Of a stretch of DNA of 64,000 nucleotides, positions 60,216 through 64,000 are shown one piece after another. The translations under genes were made by a program, and so were the position numbers. The stretch is taken from NCBI GenBank assembly GCA_013239625.1, contig MU057357.1:8523161-8587160 (forward strand), given 5' to 3'. Positions within the stretch are counted from its first letter, which is position 1; every line of letters starts with the position of its first letter. Source of the DNA: Lama guanicoe (taxonomy: Eukaryota). Below the pieces are notes generated by a model. That model worked only from the letters and a program-made list of their open reading frames with translations, had not been told where the DNA came from and searched no databases.

Positions 60216-61769
60216 CCTAACAATAGTTCTAAAAAAGAGAGGGAAAGAGATTCTAACTCCAAATCTAATCTGTAGCATCATAAGCTTAAGGAAAGGATGT
60301 CCTAGTTTGAGACTGGGGGATGGATGAGGTGCCACCCATTTTACAGATAAGGAAACTGAGGTCAGAGGGATATATCGGTTTGGCTCTGCCCCTCAGCTAA
60401 ATGAGAGTCAAAGATGTGGCCGAGAAGGGAAATGCATTGTCAGGGTTTGCCAAGAACGGGCTGGTGCCTGTGTTGGTCAGGAACGTGGAGGCACAGGGAA
60501 GCCAGCAGGAATCCTGACTTCTCACTTGTGCTAACAAGTTAAGTCTCCAGCTTGATCAAACCCAATTTTTCCAGGATCTACAGCCAGGTGTATTGTCTGG
60601 GTCTGGGAAATGAGACACCAATGGGGCTGAACATCCTTCCCCTGGCTGGTGGCCCCTCACTGAGACAGAGTGTGCGTTCCCAGGTATCAGAGTTGGAACC
60701 AATGTATCCCCAGAGAAGGTCACCAAGAAAGAGAGGAGCTTACCTGGATGCCACAGGAACACTTGGTTCAAGAGTGTATGTCCTACCCAGGCAAACAAGG
60801 AGAGCTTGCCAAAGTTGGAAACCTAGGACTAGCCTGCCTCCCCAACCCTTCCTTGCACATAACACTGCTTAATCCTCATCAAGGCCTCTGACAACCAGCA
60901 TCAAGCAGTGGCAAATCTGCCTCAAACAGAAAGACCCAGACACCCTAGACTGGCAATCAAGCTGACACCTCCATTCCAGGGCAACCAGAGAGCTTTGGGC
61001 TATGCTCTAGAGTTCGTTGCAACCTGTACTGCTGCCTGTCTCTCCCTTCCTACTCCAAGATCTAGCCCGGGGCTAAAAACCCTCACTTGCCACTCCCTTT
61101 GCACCACTCGGAGCCAGCTGTGTGGAGCCTTCCACTCCTAGACCTGCCGGGGACTGATTCATCCGCTGCCAGATTTCCCTGAGTCCCAGCCCAGAGCCTG
61201 TTCTCACCGCACCCACAAGCCCTTGCTGGATGCCCCTCTCTCTTACACAGGAACCTCTTAGAGTCGATTTATTTTTCCCCAACCACACCTAAACTCCTAC
61301 AGCTTCTGTCTTCATATTTTAGCTCCTCAGTGGCTCATCAAAGAGAAGAAAGAGAAGTATGATGAGAACAATCCTAAATAATGATAAAAAAGGAGGGGGA
61401 AAGATCTACACACTACTCTCGGAATTTTAGCTAGCTCATTCTTCCTAATGACCTAGTGGGGCTATTTAACTGAAGAAGATCAATTGCCCAAACTTCAGGA
61501 GGACCTTTGGAATTCTCTAAGGATCTCCAAGATCTTCAAAAATGTTTGGAAATAAAAATTAATACGTTTGGAAGCATTTAAAAAACAAATAAAAATAAAA
61601 CACTAAAATGAACTCTGACACAGATATTATTTCATCCTAAGATACAGACACACTTTTACACATATACCCTTCCTATTTGCTTTGGTCCCCATGCCTCTTA
61701 CATGCAAACATATACATGTACCACCTCCACACAAACCTGGAGATGCCAGGGACTGTGCTCACCCCAAGC

Positions 61770-62462
61770 AGAGTTGTCAAATCAGTATAAAAACAGAGGG
61801 CACCCAGTTAAATTTGAATTTCAGCTAAAAAACAAATAAACTTTCATGGAAGTATATTTCAAATATTGCATGGAATCTGTGTATACTAAATTTATTCATT
61901 GTTTTTTTGAAATTCCAATTTAACAATGGAATATTACTCAGCCATAAGAAAGAATGAAATAATGCCATTTGCAGCAAGATGGATGGACCTAGAGATTATC
62001 ATGTTAAGTGAAGTGAGTCAGACAAAGAAAGCCAAATATCATATAATATCACTTATATGTGGAATCTAAAAAAAAATGATACAAACTTTATTTACAAAAC
62101 AAAAATAGATTCACAGACATAGAAAATAAACTATAGTTACCAAAAGGGAAAGGGCAGGGGAGGGATAAATTAGGAGTCTGAGATTAACAGAAGCATGTTA
62201 CTATATAGAAAATAGGTGAACAACAAAGACCTACTGTATAGCACAGGGAACTATATTCCATTTCTTGTAACACATATAATGGGAAAGAATCTGAAAAAAA
62301 TAGGCATATGTATGGACATGTATAACTAAATTGCTTTGCTGTACACCTAAAACTAACATTATAAATCAACTATACTTCAATAGAAAACAAAATTTTTTAA
62401 AAGACCCCCCCCCAAAAAAATTTCAATTTAACTGGCCATTCTATATACTATCTGGTATCCCT
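61770..62462. mobile_element. MER53 MITE split by an L1
   Basis: 'gggcacccagttaaatttgaatttcag', 'tatactaaatttattcattgttt..gaaattccaatttaac', completed after the L1 by 'tggccattctatatactatctggtatccct'. Confidence 0.85.
61925..62417 (+). mobile_element. Artiodactyl-type L1 3' fragment
   Basis: 'aatggaatattactcagccataagaaagaatgaaataatgccatttgcagcaagatggatggacctagagattatc'; TSD aaattccaatttaac (61910-24) / aaatttcaatttaac (62418-32). Confidence 0.95.
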
Positions 62463-64000
62463 AACCCTAAGGCATCCACCTGTAGGTCCACCACAGAAGC
62501 ACTCTCACCTAGCTTCACATTCACACCACTGTGAACATGAACCTGGATCCATTGTGAATTCTTCCTATTTTCATACAGTCATTTGAAAATTACCAAGACT
62601 GAGGATCTAGGGAGAAGCAGGCTATTTTCACGTCCTTCCCCATTTGCCTTACTCCTGATCTCACTCGGGAATGTGGTCAGTGACTTAAAGGCTAGGAGTA
62701 TAGGGGAGCTCAAACTCATGGAATGTCAAAGACCTTTGGTATCCCAAAAGTTTATTAGCTCACTCATTCTAATTTTTCCTTCCACAACAGTGCTGGTTTG
62801 GACTAAGGAAAGGCTGAAAGTATTAGCTCGTATGAAGAGTTGAATTCCCTGGTACAAGAGAAAAATCAAAGAAGTGGCTTAGCAGATCTGTTGTTAAAGG
62901 ACTAGAGGTGTGCTTTGTTCCTATTACAAATGTCCTCCAACACTGTACTCCATAGCAACAACCATAGCCATGGAGAAAGGGTCTCAGGACATCTCTAAGT
63001 CCTTTCCTTGCTCATTGTCTGAAGAGCTGTGTATCTTCCAAGTTGGTGGGCTCTTCCCCAGGGGATAAAAGCAAAGATGTTCCAAGTCCCTGATAACTTT
63101 CTTTGAAACATCTCTGTTAGGAACCTTTTCTTGGCTGGGCACATGTAGACAGAAGCCCTCATGTTTTTAACTCCCTCTAAAATGAGCTCTGTCCAGGGCT
63201 CAGGTCTCTGGTTGGAAGTTTGCAGTGAACCTGGGCAGGTGGGGAAGGAGGTCTACTACCCAGGTTTCCAAAGATGACATGACTCAGAGACCCATACTGC
63301 TGACCAGCCATCCTCTGAGCTTTCCAGATTGGTAGAATGGGTTCACTTAACCAGCCAGGTTATTGTCGGGAGAACCAAAAAAATATTATTGTGATTATAT
63401 GGTGAATTCGGAGAAGCATAGCAAGGATTAAGATCTGAAATAGTAGGCATCTTTCAAAGGTAAGATACGGTTTAAGGCTTTCAAAACAGATTTTATATCT
63501 CCAGGATCCCTTTCCTGAGAAACTCTGACTCCAGGATGTAGGAAAAAAAAAGATCTCCAGTCTCCTGAGACCCAAACAATTTGGATAAAAAAGATAAAGA
63601 AAAAAGAAGGGTTTGCCTTCACAAGCCCTTTTCTCCATAAGAAAAAATAAAGAATTTCTATCTTACAATGTGTTGATACAAAGATGAATATATAATACAG
63701 CATTTTCATCTTTTAAGAAAGGCCGGGGCTCCCAAAGGGAACAAAATGAATTCTGAAAGAAGTGTCCAAACTTCAGCAAGAGGACCAGTGTTTAACACCT
63801 CAAGAGCTTTCTCAGAGTGAAAGATTTCCATGTATGAAAAGTGACAGAATGATGAAATCTTATCAAACCACCTCTCATAGAGTCGACATTCCATGAAGAC
63901 ACACAATCCCAACACTCTTCAAGGTGAGGGAGGAAGAGGATTTCGGTGACAGCCCAGCACCACCCGAAATCAAAAAAACCCATGAAGATGTTTTAATAAA

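Overview
Mammalian genomic DNA, very probably camelid (Camelus/Vicugna/Lama). The assignment rests on tRNA-Ala-derived vic-1-type SINEs with the 'acctcc-tctaaaaataaa..taattacctcccc' tail and on artiodactyl-type L1 3' ends. I recognise no host protein-coding exon, functional tRNA/rRNA gene, CpG island or prokaryotic-type system. The only ORF with a recognisable product is a dead L1 ORF2 C-terminal fragment (19082-19800). The window reads as intergenic or deep-intronic DNA. A large share of it is interspersed repeats: many MIR and L2 fragments, old L1M pieces, about nine MaLR (MLT1) solo LTRs, LTR33- and MER21-like LTRs, and hAT elements (Charlie-type, MER45A, 2x MER53). Several younger insertions have readable target-site duplications (TSDs), and many are nested. 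Five N-runs of 154-176 nt lie in or next to repeats. The most interesting signals are: (i) a 19-bp insertion in the young L1 patched together from three local templates, resembling a polymerase-theta end-joining scar; (ii) a repeat-free AT-rich block at 36.5-37.9 kb with dense developmental TF motifs and competing fold-backs (candidate conserved enhancer); (iii) a perfect NRF2/sMAF antioxidant response element at 23465; (iv) a tail-less tRNA-Ala-derived retrocopy. I did not find evidence for a novel gene system. Repeat subfamily names come from recalled consensus sequences, not a database search, and boundaries of old repeats are approximate.
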